Below, piece by piece: positions 20,426-30,488 of a stretch of DNA of 64,000 bases (positions are counted from its first letter, which is position 1; each line of letters begins with the position of its first letter). The translations under genes were made by a program, and so were the position numbers. A model generated the notes under the pieces. The model did no database searches. It saw only the letters and a program-made list of their open reading frames with translations, and was not told where the DNA came from. Source of the DNA: Ferruginibacter sp. (lineage in GTDB: Bacteria; Bacteroidota; Bacteroidia; Chitinophagales; Chitinophagaceae); contig NZ_JAQBNR010000046.1 of the NCBI RefSeq assembly GCF_028288465.1, positions 93,219-157,218 of the forward strand. Direction: 5' to 3'.

Positions 20426-21751
20426 CTACTTTTTTGTTCTCAATTTATTGGCGACGAACACACCAATTTTATCGCCTTCATCCAACCCATTGGTGATGGA
20501 AGGCATGTAATGGATACCACCATAAAAACGGCTGATGGCTGCTTCGTCTGCGGCTTGTTTGAACGATTTAAAATGCCGTACGGGAATACCAAATTCAACC
20601 TCCGTAGAATCACTGTAAGCAAAATGATCGCCGAATAATTTAGTAAGTATTACCGAGCACGCGCCGGATACAACGCTGTGCCCGCTGGTATATTCCGGGA
20701 AGGGAGGTGTTTGCAGCAAGGGCAGCCAGCTCTGGCTGATGTACTGGTTGATATAGGTCTCCGGCCGGATGCATTTGCTGCGAAATTTCTCGTCCCAGCA
20801 ACTGCTAAAGCCATCGGCCAGTGTAACAGATAAACAGGCATAGGCTTCTGCGGATTGTACAAAACCGGCATTGTTTTTTTTACAAGCCAGGCGGGTAATG
20901 TTGATCCAGTGGCCGCCGGGAGATATTTTTTTAGTGGCATACATCACATGCCCGTTGATGTTCATTTTAAATGGATTGCAATCCCAGAAATTGGCTATCT
21001 CATTTTGCTCCGGTGTTAAATTGATGCGGGCATTTTGGACATCTTTTGCTTCCTTATAAAACTGGCTTGTTGAATCAATGGAAAAGGTGGTGGGTGGCAA
21101 GGGCCTGAACTGTTGCGCTGAATCTATGAGGAATGTCCTGAGCTCGCCCCAGTGCGGTTCAATCGCTTTCATGTAACTGGGCGGTGTTGGTTTCCAGGAA
21201 GCGGCATCGGTGCCAACGGAATATTTTGACAGTGACCTTGTTTCCTTGTACTTGTCTTTTGCGGCCCAGGCCAGGATATGTTCTGCAATTTTTTTTCCGT
21301 AAGCAACCGAGTTGTCAAACACATCGGCTGGCATGCCCGAGGTTTTATATTCCTGTAAAATGGCGGATTGAAAAGCGCCAATTTTTTCTTCGGAGATGAT
21401 CATTGTTTTGGCTACCTGCAACAAGGCATCTACTGCAGCCAGCGGATAACTGTATTGCTTGCCTGCCTCCGGCTGCGGCACATTGGTCAATCCGTGTAAC
21501 TGGCCATCGAAAGAAATGTACGCCGCATCGCCGTGATATGCTGCTTCATAAGCGGCCACCGTAACATAGGCATAAATTCTTGCTGCAACCGGTGGTGAAT
21601 AAATATCATGCACCATTACATCGGTCACTTCTTTAACAGAACGGTGCAGGTATTCGGGGTTCTCCGCCAGTTTTTTCCAGTCGGGTATTACCTGCGCACC
21701 TGCAGGTAATACCAAACAAAAAAGCAATAAAAGAGGTAATAGGTTTTTCAT
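20426..21751 (-). CDS. Vanadium-dependent haloperoxidase / PAP2 superfamily protein
   Basis: KFRSKCIRP (K-x6-RP), PEYTSGHS, SRFYGGIHY; signal peptide. Confidence 0.9.
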   Translation of the reverse strand: MKNLLPLLLLFCLVLPAGAQVIPDWKKLAENPEYLHRSVKEVTDVMVHDIYSPPVAARIYAYVTVAAYEAAYHGDAAYISFDGQLHGLTNVPQPEAGKQYSYPLAAVDALLQVAKTMIISEEKIGAFQSAILQEYKTSGMPADVFDNSVAYGKKIAEHILAWAAKDKYKETRSLSKYSVGTDAASWKPTPPSYMKAIEPHWGELRTFLIDSAQQFRPLPPTTFSIDSTSQFYKEAKDVQNARINLTPEQNEIANFWDCNPFKMNINGHVMYATKKISPGGHWINITRLACKKNNAGFVQSAEAYACLSVTLADGFSSCWDEKFRSKCIRPETYINQYISQSWLPLLQTPPFPEYTSGHSVVSGACSVILTKLFGDHFAYSDSTEVEFGIPVRHFKSFKQAADEAAISRFYGGIHYMPSITNGLDEGDKIGVFVANKLRTKK

Positions 21752-21770
21752 GTGTTTTATTATTATTCAC

Positions 21771-21970
21771 TTAATTGCACCGCCCTGAAGGGCGGTGCAA
21801 TTAATTTTATTTATTTATTGGCTTTAGCTCAAACAACTATTTCGGCTAAAGCCGCTTTTATTTTTATTTATTCTCCCCGTCCTGAAGGACGGGGCAATTC
21901 ATGAAGGACTGGCAATTCATGTGATCCTAAAGCATCTGGCATTCATCGTGGCGCTTTAATCTGGCAATTG
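21771..21970. repeat. REP/BIME-like cluster of palindromes plus short direct repeats
   Basis: Perfect 15-bp stem with TGAA loop at 21771-21804; GGCTTTAGC/GCTAAAGCC at 21820-21853; CCCCGTCC-TGAA-GGACGGGG at 21875-21894; four GGCAATTCAT-like units. Confidence 0.8.
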
Positions 21971-22040
21971 ATTTCTAATTTCTATTCCTGTTTCCTGAAC
22001 TCTTCGATCCGTTGTTGCCAATGGCTGTAATTGCACAAGG

Positions 22041-22075
22041 GAGTGACACAACGATGCTTAATTGAAAAACACCTG
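22041..22075 (+). repeat. Short dispersed repeat GAGTGACACAACGATGC..., copy 1
   Basis: 17-bp core identical (reverse complement) at 24237-24253 and 40369-40385, with similar flanks. Confidence 0.8.
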
Positions 22076-22156
22076 CCTGCAAAAAAATTGTTTTATCAAC
22101 CATACATTTTCAACAATGAAACAATCCTACAATAAAACAATTCAATCATTCAACCA

Positions 22157-23191
22157 TCACAAATCAGGCAACCAAAAATCAAACGGCTCATCCCTTATCA
22201 CATCCAAAGTTCCGTCTTTAAAAATGATTTCGGCTACCTGTATTACGGAGCGTTTGTTGGAATAACTATAGCAACCATCTTTATCCAGCTCACCTTCAGA
22301 ATGCACCTTTCTGCCGGGATGGGTGAAATAAAAAATGAAGGCCTTATCGCCCGTTACCACCACATCTGCGTGCGCACCTGTAGGTGTGTCCTGCGGTCGG
22401 GTGCCGTTTTTATCGAGTATGCGGCCCTGCTTTTCCCAGGTGGTGGCATCGGCGGAACGATAGACCCGCTGGCCCGCCCATTCGTCGGTAATCATCCAGT
22501 AACTGTCTTTAAAACGAAACATTTTCGGGCCTTCATGCGGCTTGCCACCGATGGCTGGCTTATCAGACAAGGTCCAGTTTTTTAAGTCGCTGCTTTCGCC
22601 CGTCATGGTAATGCTGCCCTTTGTTTCATCCTTGTACCATACATGCCATTTGCCATCGGGCATTTTATAAAAACTGGGATCAATCACACTGCCGGAGGAC
22701 AGTTTCATATCGCCTTCATGTTTCCATTTCCACAAGTCTTTGCTGGTATAATGTGTAATCACTTTGTCGCCACCCCAGTCGTTTCTTACGCCCCGGATAT
22801 ATACCACGAACATGTGGTACAAGCCTTTATCAACAATAATATCGGGTGCCCAAAAAGTATTTCTGCCTTCTTCAAACTCCAGGGCCGGCGTGCCTTTGTA
22901 TACCCACGATTGCCCATGATCGGACGAGGTAGCCACGCCGATATCGGTGCCATAACAAAACGCTACATTGGCCGATTGTACATTGGCACGGCGCTGTGTG
23001 TAAAACATCCACCATTCCTTTTTTGCCTTGTTGTAAATTACTACCGGATCGGCGGCGCCATCGAACATAGGATCACGGTAAAGCGGCGCTGGCGCTATAT
23101 GCAACGGGCTTTTATTGGATTGCGAAAACACATTGCTTATCAGGCAGAAAAATACCGGCAGCAAACAAATCCTGTTAACATATTGCATCAT
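22157..23191 (-). CDS. GH43-like five-bladed beta-propeller glycosidase
   Basis: AADP, FWAPDI, IDPSF, HEGP motifs; signal peptide. Confidence 0.75.
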   Translation of the reverse strand: MMQYVNRICLLPVFFCLISNVFSQSNKSPLHIAPAPLYRDPMFDGAADPVVIYNKAKKEWWMFYTQRRANVQSANVAFCYGTDIGVATSSDHGQSWVYKGTPALEFEEGRNTFWAPDIIVDKGLYHMFVVYIRGVRNDWGGDKVITHYTSKDLWKWKHEGDMKLSSGSVIDPSFYKMPDGKWHVWYKDETKGSITMTGESSDLKNWTLSDKPAIGGKPHEGPKMFRFKDSYWMITDEWAGQRVYRSADATTWEKQGRILDKNGTRPQDTPTGAHADVVVTGDKAFIFYFTHPGRKVHSEGELDKDGCYSYSNKRSVIQVAEIIFKDGTLDVIRDEPFDFWLPDL

Positions 23192-23293
23192 AAAAACCGC
23201 TTAAAAAGTTGCCGAAGCTAAAGCATGACGCCGGCAAATGCTATTCTGACCGTATCATTTTTTATGCTGAATAGTTCATTTTAAAAAGCTGGG

Positions 23294-24109
23294 TTATACT
23301 ATCAGCGGGTTCAGTGCAGAAGCGGCAGCGTTAGTGGGTGTTATGCCCTGCAGCCAGCGGTTGCGGTCATTTTCCTGGTGTTCATTTACGGGTTCAGTCA
23401 CCAGCGCATCAGCTGCATAATAAATAACGGTCATTACTTCACGGGTAACGTCCGATAAATTGCCGGGCGCACTGTGCAGCGTCCAGCCGTAGTGCCAGGT
23501 GGCATCGCCTGCATTCATTGTGGTGGCTCTTGTTATGGGATAGTCTCTGTCTTTTATCAATTGTTCAAGCTGTGCCTCCGATTCATCAGAGATGGCGAGG
23601 TTGCCGACAAAACCTTCCCGGTGAGAGCCGGATGCAAACGTAAGCATACCCATATCTTCGGTAATATTCAGCAAAGGCATCCACATGGTCACAGTGTTGT
23701 TTGTGTTTAGCGGCCAGTAATATTGATCCTGGTGCCAGGGTGTAAAACCACCGCCGGGTTCTTTATACAAAGCCTGGTCGTGGTATAACCGGACATGCTC
23801 AACGCCCAATAAATCAGCAGCGATTTTTGCAAAACGTTTGGCCAGTGTAAAGCGGCGCACATCTTCATCCTGCTCCCACAAATTCATGATCTGCAAAAAA
23901 GCTTTGCCATAAGTATCCCTTTCAGCCATCGCTCTTTTTTCTGTATTAAAAGTATAGGCGGCTCTGTTGATGGCATCGCGGTATGCGGGTAATTCCTCCG
24001 GCTTTAAAACACTTTTAACCAGGGTATGACCTTCCGTTCTGAAGCGGTCAATCTGCGCCGGATCAATGGTAACAAAATCATCTAATAATGGCAATTGAAG
24101 CGTATTCAT
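23294..24109 (-). CDS. Phytanoyl-CoA dioxygenase (PhyH) family Fe(II)/2-oxoglutarate oxygenase
   Basis: DQALYKEPGG..TPWHQD (HxD), VTMWMPL, distal H in TLHSAPGN, R in TREV. Confidence 0.9.
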   Translation of the reverse strand: MNTLQLPLLDDFVTIDPAQIDRFRTEGHTLVKSVLKPEELPAYRDAINRAAYTFNTEKRAMAERDTYGKAFLQIMNLWEQDEDVRRFTLAKRFAKIAADLLGVEHVRLYHDQALYKEPGGGFTPWHQDQYYWPLNTNNTVTMWMPLLNITEDMGMLTFASGSHREGFVGNLAISDESEAQLEQLIKDRDYPITRATTMNAGDATWHYGWTLHSAPGNLSDVTREVMTVIYYAADALVTEPVNEHQENDRNRWLQGITPTNAAASALNPLIV

Positions 24110-24219
24110 AATTGTAGATTTATTTTTTCTTTCAAAATAAAAAAGGCAGCAATATCACTAACCGAATATACCAGATTTATCAATGCCATTAAAAGAATAA
24201 AAAAAAATTGTTAACGGGC

Positions 24220-24272
24220 ATTGGTATTCCAATTTAGCATCGTTGTGTCACTCACTTTTACATTTTTAGCTG
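24220..24272 (-). repeat. Short dispersed repeat GAGTGACACAACGATGC..., copy 2
   Basis: GCATCGTTGTGTCACTC at 24237-24253; the ACTTTTAC(A)TTTT flank is shared with the copy at 40369. Confidence 0.8.
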
Positions 24273-24439
24273 GAAGCAGCAATGGATTGATGAGTCTGCC
24301 CCTGCCTGCATAATCCGTTGAAGGCCCGCTAAAAATAATATTTCATATAATATAAAAAAATCAGTACTGTAACAAAATGAATATATTATGATACAAGGAC
24401 AAAAAACAGGTCAAATATTGCGGTGATAAAAATATTAAT

Positions 24440-27400
24440 TTGCGCTATTCAAAAGTTTTGCACCATATGACTGTACAAATACTTCGCCAGCTGTTCCTTT
24501 TCACTCTTTTTATAAGCATTCACCACCTTGTTAAAGCGCAAACCAACCCAGCTCTTTTTTCCCTGCGGGCAGCTTCGCAAACCGGCATTGAATTTAAAAA
24601 TACCATCACCGAAAGCGACACGACCAATATTTTAAACCAGGCCAATATTTACAATGGCGGCGGTGTCGGCATTGCGGATTTTAATAAAGACGGTCTGATG
24701 GATATTTATTTTGCCGGTAATATGGTGCCCAACAAAATGTACCTCAACAAAGGCAATTTAAAATTTGAAGATGTAACCAATGCGGCCGGAGTTGACGGTG
24801 AAGGCAGATGGTGTACGGGTGTTTCAATTGTGGACATCAACGCAGACGGCCTGCCGGATGTGTACGTATGCGCCTCGTTCAGGAACGATGCGTTGCGCAG
24901 AACCAACTTATTTTATATCAACCAGGGCAATGATAAAAATGGTATTCCCGTTTTTAAAGAGCAGGCTGCGGCCTACGGTGTAGCCGATACCGGTTTAAGT
25001 ACACAGGCTTACTTTTTTGATTACGATAAAGATGGGGACCTTGATTTGTACCTCGTCACCAACCAATTGAATGATCCTGAAACACCTATCATTTTCAGAC
25101 CAAAAGTAACAGATGGTTCGGCCTTAAACAATGACCGCCTGTACCGCAATAATGGCAACGGTACTTTTACCAATGTAACCAAAGCGGCAGGCATTTTATT
25201 TGAAGGCTGGGGCCACGCCGCCTGCATAAGTGATTTTAACAATGATGGCTGGCCGGATGTATATGTGGCCAACGATTTTGTAAGCAACGACCTGTTATAC
25301 ATCAACAATAAAGACGGCACTTTTACCAACCGCCTCGGTGAATATTTTAAACATACCGGCTGGAACGCCATGGGTACTGATTTCGCAGATATCAACAACG
25401 ACGGGCTGCCTGATCTGATCTCGCTGGAGATGTTACCTGAAAGTAACATGCGCAAAAAAAGAATGCTTGGCGGCAATGAATATTACAACTATACCAACGC
25501 AGATAAATTTGGCTATACACACCAGTATGTGCGCAATGTATTACAGATAAACAGCGGCCTTACGCCGGAAGGACATCCTGTATTCAGTGATGTTGGTTTT
25601 ATGGCCGGCATGTACCAGACAGACTGGAGCTGGTGCCCGCTGGTAGCAGATTTTGACAATGATGGACTGCGTGATTTAATCATCACCAACGGTTTGCCAA
25701 GAGACGTGACGGACCTTGATTATATCTCGTATGATAACGGCCAGGTTGGAGCCGGTAACTTTTCGCTGGCATTGGCAGATTCATTGCCGGTTGTTAAAAT
25801 CCCCAACTACTCTTTTAAAAATATGGGTAATGCTTTGTTTGAAAACACCTCCAAAGCATGGGGTTTTACACAATCCTCTTTTGCCAACGGCAGTGTATAT
25901 GCAGACCTTGATAATGATGGTGACCTTGACATTGTTGTCAATAACATCAACGAAGTGGCGTCTGTTTATGAGAACACGACGAACGACAAAAACTTGCACC
26001 AGTTAACCGTATCCATTAACGGCAGCGGTTTAAACACACAGGGTATTGGTGCCACCATCCGTATTTATTATGGCAATCACCAGCAACAGTATTATGAACA
26101 CCACCCCACCCGTGGCTACCTGAGTACGGATGATGCAAGGGCGCATTTCGGATTGGGCAGCAATAAAAAAATTGACTCCTTAAAAATTGAATGGCCTGAT
26201 GCCAGCTGGCAGCTGCTCACCAACCTTAAAGCTGATGAAGCCATCACACTGAATCAAAAAGATGCCGGTAAAAGAAAGCCTTTTTCACCGGTTGCAAAAC
26301 CTGCCCTGTTTACTGAAGCATCTAAAAAATATGGCATTGCCTACAAACCGGTGGAAGATGATTTTGTGGATTACAATATTCAGTTAACACTACCCCATAA
26401 GTTAAGCCAGTACGGCCCCGGCATTGCGGTAGGCGATATTGACAACAATGGCTTTGATGATTTCTATGTAGGCGGATCGAGTAGTAATTTAGGCACCTTT
26501 TTTATGCAGGATGCCAAAGGAAATTTCACACAGGATGGAGACCGCTTTTTGCAAAAAGAAAACCCGTTGGTGGAAGATATGGGCGTGTTATTCTTTGATG
26601 CAGATGGTGACAAAGACCTTGACATGTATGTGGTAAGCGGCAGTTATGAATTACCGCCGGGCAACGAAATTTGCCAGGACCGTTTGTACCTCAACAATGG
26701 CAAAGGAAAATTTGCAAGAGCAGTCAATGCATTGCCAACAGAAACCGCTAATGGTTCCTGCGTTCGGGCAGCCGATATAGATGGAGATGGTGACCTGGAT
26801 TTATTTGTGGGTGGCCGTGTAGTTTCAGGTGCTTATCCCACCGCACCGCAAAGTTTTATTCTACAAAATGATGGCGGGAAATTTACGGATGTAACGGCAC
26901 AGTACTGTCCTGCTTTAAAAAACATCGGCATGGTAACAGATGCCTTGTGGAGCGATTTCGACAAAGATGGAAAAATTGATTTGGTGTTGGTGGGCGAATG
27001 GATGCCGGTAACCTTTTTTAAAAATACAGGTAAGAGCTTTTCACAAGTCAGCAAAACCTCCGGCATCAGCAATCACGTTGGCTGGTGGAATAGTTTAGTA
27101 GCAGGTGATTTTGATAACGATGGAGACATTGATTATATCGCGGGCAATCTTGGCCTCAACTCCAACTATAAAGCCACGCCAAAAGAGCCGATGACAATAT
27201 GGGCGAAAGACCTTGATCAGAACGGTTCACTGGATGCCATGATTTTTTGCTACATGCAGGCGGCCGACAGCAGCATGCAACCTTACCCCATGCATACCAA
27301 GGATGATCTTGCTGCACAGTTGATTTCTATCCGTAAAAAATATCCCACTTATAAATCTTTCGGAGCTGCAGGCATGGATGAGTTATGGCCTGCTAAAGAC

Positions 27401-28009
27401 CGGCAGGATGCCATAACATACCAGGCCAATGATATGCAGACAAGCTATATTGAAAACAAAGGTAACGGCCAGTTTACCATTACACCATTGCCCATTGAGA
27501 CACAGACTGCGCCCATTTATGGCATGATGGCAACTGATGCAGATGACGATGGCAACCTCGATGTGTTGCTAACCGGTAACGATTATGGAATGGAGCCCTA
27601 CAGCGGCCGTCATGATGCATTCAATGGTCTTTGTTTAAAGGGAGACGGCAAAGGCAGTTTCGCCGTAACTACTTTGCAGCAAAGTGGCTTTTTTGTAAAG
27701 GGAGACGCCAAAGGCCTGGCAATAATTCACACGGCCAAAAATGAAGATGTTATTTTATCTACTCAAAACCAGGATAGCCTGAAAGTATTTGCGCAGACTG
27801 CATCTGAGCACAGCAGTAGCAACCGCTGGATTGGTCTGCAACCGGGAGATGCCTATGCTGACATAGTATACAAAAATGGCACAAAAAGAAGAATGGAGTT
27901 TTACTATGGCAGCACTTATCTTTCCCAATCTACGAGAAAAATTAAATGGGATGGCGGCATCGCAAAAATGGTAATTACCAATTTCCGCGGTGTAAAAAGA
28001 ACCCTGTAA
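24440..28009 (+). CDS. FG-GAP/VCBS repeat protein with ASPIC/UnbV domain (CRTAC1-like)
   Basis: Many DFNxDG / DxDxDGDLD repeats; ASPIC-like GYLSTDDARAHFGLG; start uncertain (TTG 24440 or ATG 24467). Confidence 0.9.
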   Translation: MRYSKVLHHMTVQILRQLFLFTLFISIHHLVKAQTNPALFSLRAASQTGIEFKNTITESDTTNILNQANIYNGGGVGIADFNKDGLMDIYFAGNMVPNKMYLNKGNLKFEDVTNAAGVDGEGRWCTGVSIVDINADGLPDVYVCASFRNDALRRTNLFYINQGNDKNGIPVFKEQAAAYGVADTGLSTQAYFFDYDKDGDLDLYLVTNQLNDPETPIIFRPKVTDGSALNNDRLYRNNGNGTFTNVTKAAGILFEGWGHAACISDFNNDGWPDVYVANDFVSNDLLYINNKDGTFTNRLGEYFKHTGWNAMGTDFADINNDGLPDLISLEMLPESNMRKKRMLGGNEYYNYTNADKFGYTHQYVRNVLQINSGLTPEGHPVFSDVGFMAGMYQTDWSWCPLVADFDNDGLRDLIITNGLPRDVTDLDYISYDNGQVGAGNFSLALADSLPVVKIPNYSFKNMGNALFENTSKAWGFTQSSFANGSVYADLDNDGDLDIVVNNINEVASVYENTTNDKNLHQLTVSINGSGLNTQGIGATIRIYYGNHQQQYYEHHPTRGYLSTDDARAHFGLGSNKKIDSLKIEWPDASWQLLTNLKADEAITLNQKDAGKRKPFSPVAKPALFTEASKKYGIAYKPVEDDFVDYNIQLTLPHKLSQYGPGIAVGDIDNNGFDDFYVGGSSSNLGTFFMQDAKGNFTQDGDRFLQKENPLVEDMGVLFFDADGDKDLDMYVVSGSYELPPGNEICQDRLYLNNGKGKFARAVNALPTETANGSCVRAADIDGDGDLDLFVGGRVVSGAYPTAPQSFILQNDGGKFTDVTAQYCPALKNIGMVTDALWSDFDKDGKIDLVLVGEWMPVTFFKNTGKSFSQVSKTSGISNHVGWWNSLVAGDFDNDGDIDYIAGNLGLNSNYKATPKEPMTIWAKDLDQNGSLDAMIFCYMQAADSSMQPYPMHTKDDLAAQLISIRKKYPTYKSFGAAGMDELWPAKDRQDAITYQANDMQTSYIENKGNGQFTITPLPIETQTAPIYGMMATDADDDGNLDVLLTGNDYGMEPYSGRHDAFNGLCLKGDGKGSFAVTTLQQSGFFVKGDAKGLAIIHTAKNEDVILSTQNQDSLKVFAQTASEHSSSNRWIGLQPGDAYADIVYKNGTKRRMEFYYGSTYLSQSTRKIKWDGGIAKMVITNFRGVKRTL

Positions 28010-28027
28010 ATTATTGCCGGCAGTGTT

Positions 28028-29197
28028 TTACATATTGCCGGCCATGTTTCTTAAAATGCCCAGTTCAACGCCCCTGATTTCCGCCAGGCCCCTCAATCGT
28101 CCGATGGCAGAATATCCGGGGTTTGTTTTTTTATGTAAGTCATCCAGCATCTGGTGACCGTGATCCGGCCGCACGGGTATGGCAATATTTCTTTCTTTCA
28201 TTACCTGCACAATTTCTTTAATTACTGCGTACATGTCCACGTCGCCTTCCAGGTGATTGTCTTCATAAAAATCCCCCTCCGCATTTCTTTTGGTACTGCG
28301 CAGGTGAATAAAATTGATCCGCTCGCCAAATTGTTTTACCATGGCGGGTAGATCATTATCTGCCCTTACACCAAATGAACCGGTACAAAAGCAAAGCCCG
28401 TTGTTGAGCGCAGGCACCGCATTTACCAACGCTTCAATATCTGCGGCGGTACTTACCACTCTGGGCAAACCAAGGATGGCATACGGCGGATCATCCGGAT
28501 GGATCACCAGCTTCACACCGCATTCTTCTGCGACCGGCACCACCTGTTGTAAAAAATAAATCAAATTGTTTCGTAATGCTGCCGCATCAATGTTGTCATA
28601 CTTATCCAGCGCCTGCTGAAATTGCGCCAGCGTAAAACTTGCTTCGCTACCCGGTAAGCCTGCTATTATATTTCTTTGCAGCAACGATTTTTCTTCATCA
28701 CCCATCGCTGCAAATCTTTCTTTAGCTTTCGCTATTTCAGCTGCGGTATAATCCCTTTTTGCATCTTTTCTGTTTAAAATAAAAACATCAAATGCTACGA
28801 AGGCAGCCTTTTCAAAACGCAGGGCTTTACTGCCATCTGCGACAGTATAGGCAAGATCAGTTCTTGTCCAGTCGAGCACCGGCATAAAATTGTAGGTTAC
28901 AATTTTAATGTTGCATTCTGCCAGGTTACGGATGGATTGCTTATAATTTTCGATGTATTGTTCAAAGCCTTCGGATTGTGTTTTAATGGCTTCATGAACG
29001 GGCACACTTTCTACAACAGACCAGGTTAAACCGGCAGTCTCAATCTCATTTTTACGCAGCTTAATTTCCTCTACGGTCCATATTGACCCATTGGGAATAT
29101 GATGCAGCGCTGTAACAATTCCGGTGCAGCCGGCCTGTCTGATATCGGCTAAACTAACAGGATCTTTCGGGCCATACCATCGCATGGTTTGCTCCAT
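28028..29197 (-). CDS. uxuA: Mannonate dehydratase
   Basis: [64 protein letters not shown]; start ATG 29197 preferred, alternative 29290. Confidence 0.95.
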   Translation of the reverse strand: MEQTMRWYGPKDPVSLADIRQAGCTGIVTALHHIPNGSIWTVEEIKLRKNEIETAGLTWSVVESVPVHEAIKTQSEGFEQYIENYKQSIRNLAECNIKIVTYNFMPVLDWTRTDLAYTVADGSKALRFEKAAFVAFDVFILNRKDAKRDYTAAEIAKAKERFAAMGDEEKSLLQRNIIAGLPGSEASFTLAQFQQALDKYDNIDAAALRNNLIYFLQQVVPVAEECGVKLVIHPDDPPYAILGLPRVVSTAADIEALVNAVPALNNGLCFCTGSFGVRADNDLPAMVKQFGERINFIHLRSTKRNAEGDFYEDNHLEGDVDMYAVIKEIVQVMKERNIAIPVRPDHGHQMLDDLHKKTNPGYSAIGRLRGLAEIRGVELGILRNMAGNM

Positions 29198-29228
29198 GCG
29201 GGTGCCGGTGTTTTTGTAAGAGGAGAAA

Positions 29229-29257
29229 CCTCCCCCAACCCCTTCAAGGGAGGGGCT
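29229..29257. repeat. Bacteroidota CCCCT..AGGGG-type REP-like element just 5' of uxuA
   Basis: CCTCCCCCAACCCCTTCAAGGGAGGGGCT, read as [10 protein letters not shown] in the extended uxuA frame. Confidence 0.6.
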
Positions 29258-29501
29258 TCTGAAGAGTCTGTTATTTGTAAAGCTGCTCATGATTTGATTA
29301 TTTTACACACTGAGATGGTTAATGCCTTTTTTTAATTGATGCAATTTCTGTTTTTATTCTGTTAAAATGAAAACGGGATATTATTGCTTGCGTAGCTTTA
29401 TGATGGTTGTGATTGTTATTATCTTACACCCATCTGATTGTTATAATTTCAATATATAAATATTCGCCTATTTTATTTTTTGCGTAAATTACAAGCAACA
29501 A

Positions 29502-30383
29502 ATGAGACCACAATTATATAAATTACCATTGGCCCCCGACACCTCTTTTCTTTATATAGACGAAGAGTGTAAATACTTTGATAAACCCTGGCACTTTCAC
29601 AAAGAATATGAACTGGTGTACATCGATAAAACTAAAGGCACCCGTTTTATTGGCGACCAGGTAAGTTTTTTTGACGATGGCGATTTGGTGTTGCTGGGCC
29701 CCAACATCCCGCATTTATACCGGAACAGCGAAGACTATTATAAAAACAATAAGCTAACCGCCAAATCAATTTTCATACATTTTCCAGAAGATTTTTTAGG
29801 CCGCTCTTTTTTTGATCTACCTGAAATGAAACAGGTAAAAAAGTTACTGGAAAGATCTTCGCTTGGTATGGAGGTAACCGGAAATACCAATGCGCTGATA
29901 AAGGACAAGCTGACGGCCATGAAAAAAATGAAACCGGTCAACCGGTTGATGAAATTGCTGGAAATACTCATCAGTTTATCCAACAGTAAAGAGCTGACGC
30001 CGATCCTATCAAAATCATTTACAGCATCCAGTACAAAGGATACCGACCGTATTGACCAGGTCATCCAGTTTATTTTGAAAAATTATAAAAATGATATCTA
30101 CATCGAAGAAATTGCAGGGCAGCTGAACATGAGCATTGCTTCCTTTTCAAGATATTTTAAACACCATACCCACAAAACATTCTCCAACTACGTTACAGAA
30201 ATACGCATCAGCCATGCCTGCAGGCTGATGATGGATAGTCATTATAATATTTCTGAGATCTGCTACCTGAGCGGGTTTGAGAATCAATCCAATTTTTATC
30301 GCCACTTCAAAAAATTCACCGGCGTAATTCCAAAAGAATACAAGGCCAGGTTTTTAACCAATACGGCTGATATGGAAGAATAA
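29502..30383 (+). CDS. AraC family transcriptional regulator (cupin + HTH)
   Basis: PWHFHKEYELVYI, GDLVLLGPNIPH, C-terminal GFENQSNFYRHFKKFTGVIPKEY. Confidence 0.95.
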   Translation: MRPQLYKLPLAPDTSFLYIDEECKYFDKPWHFHKEYELVYIDKTKGTRFIGDQVSFFDDGDLVLLGPNIPHLYRNSEDYYKNNKLTAKSIFIHFPEDFLGRSFFDLPEMKQVKKLLERSSLGMEVTGNTNALIKDKLTAMKKMKPVNRLMKLLEILISLSNSKELTPILSKSFTASSTKDTDRIDQVIQFILKNYKNDIYIEEIAGQLNMSIASFSRYFKHHTHKTFSNYVTEIRISHACRLMMDSHYNISEICYLSGFENQSNFYRHFKKFTGVIPKEYKARFLTNTADMEE

Positions 30384-30488
30384 TTTTTTTTGTAACACTT
30401 ATTTTTAAAAGGAAAGAAATATTGACTGCGAATAAAAGAATAAAATTTTATTAGTAGCAGTTTGAGAAATAAGCCTTGCATTTTAAAA

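Noticed and set aside
24440-28009. Recurring GAT..GATGG DNA motifs as a repeat array
   Set aside because: Explained by FG-GAP/VCBS protein repeats (DxDxDG)
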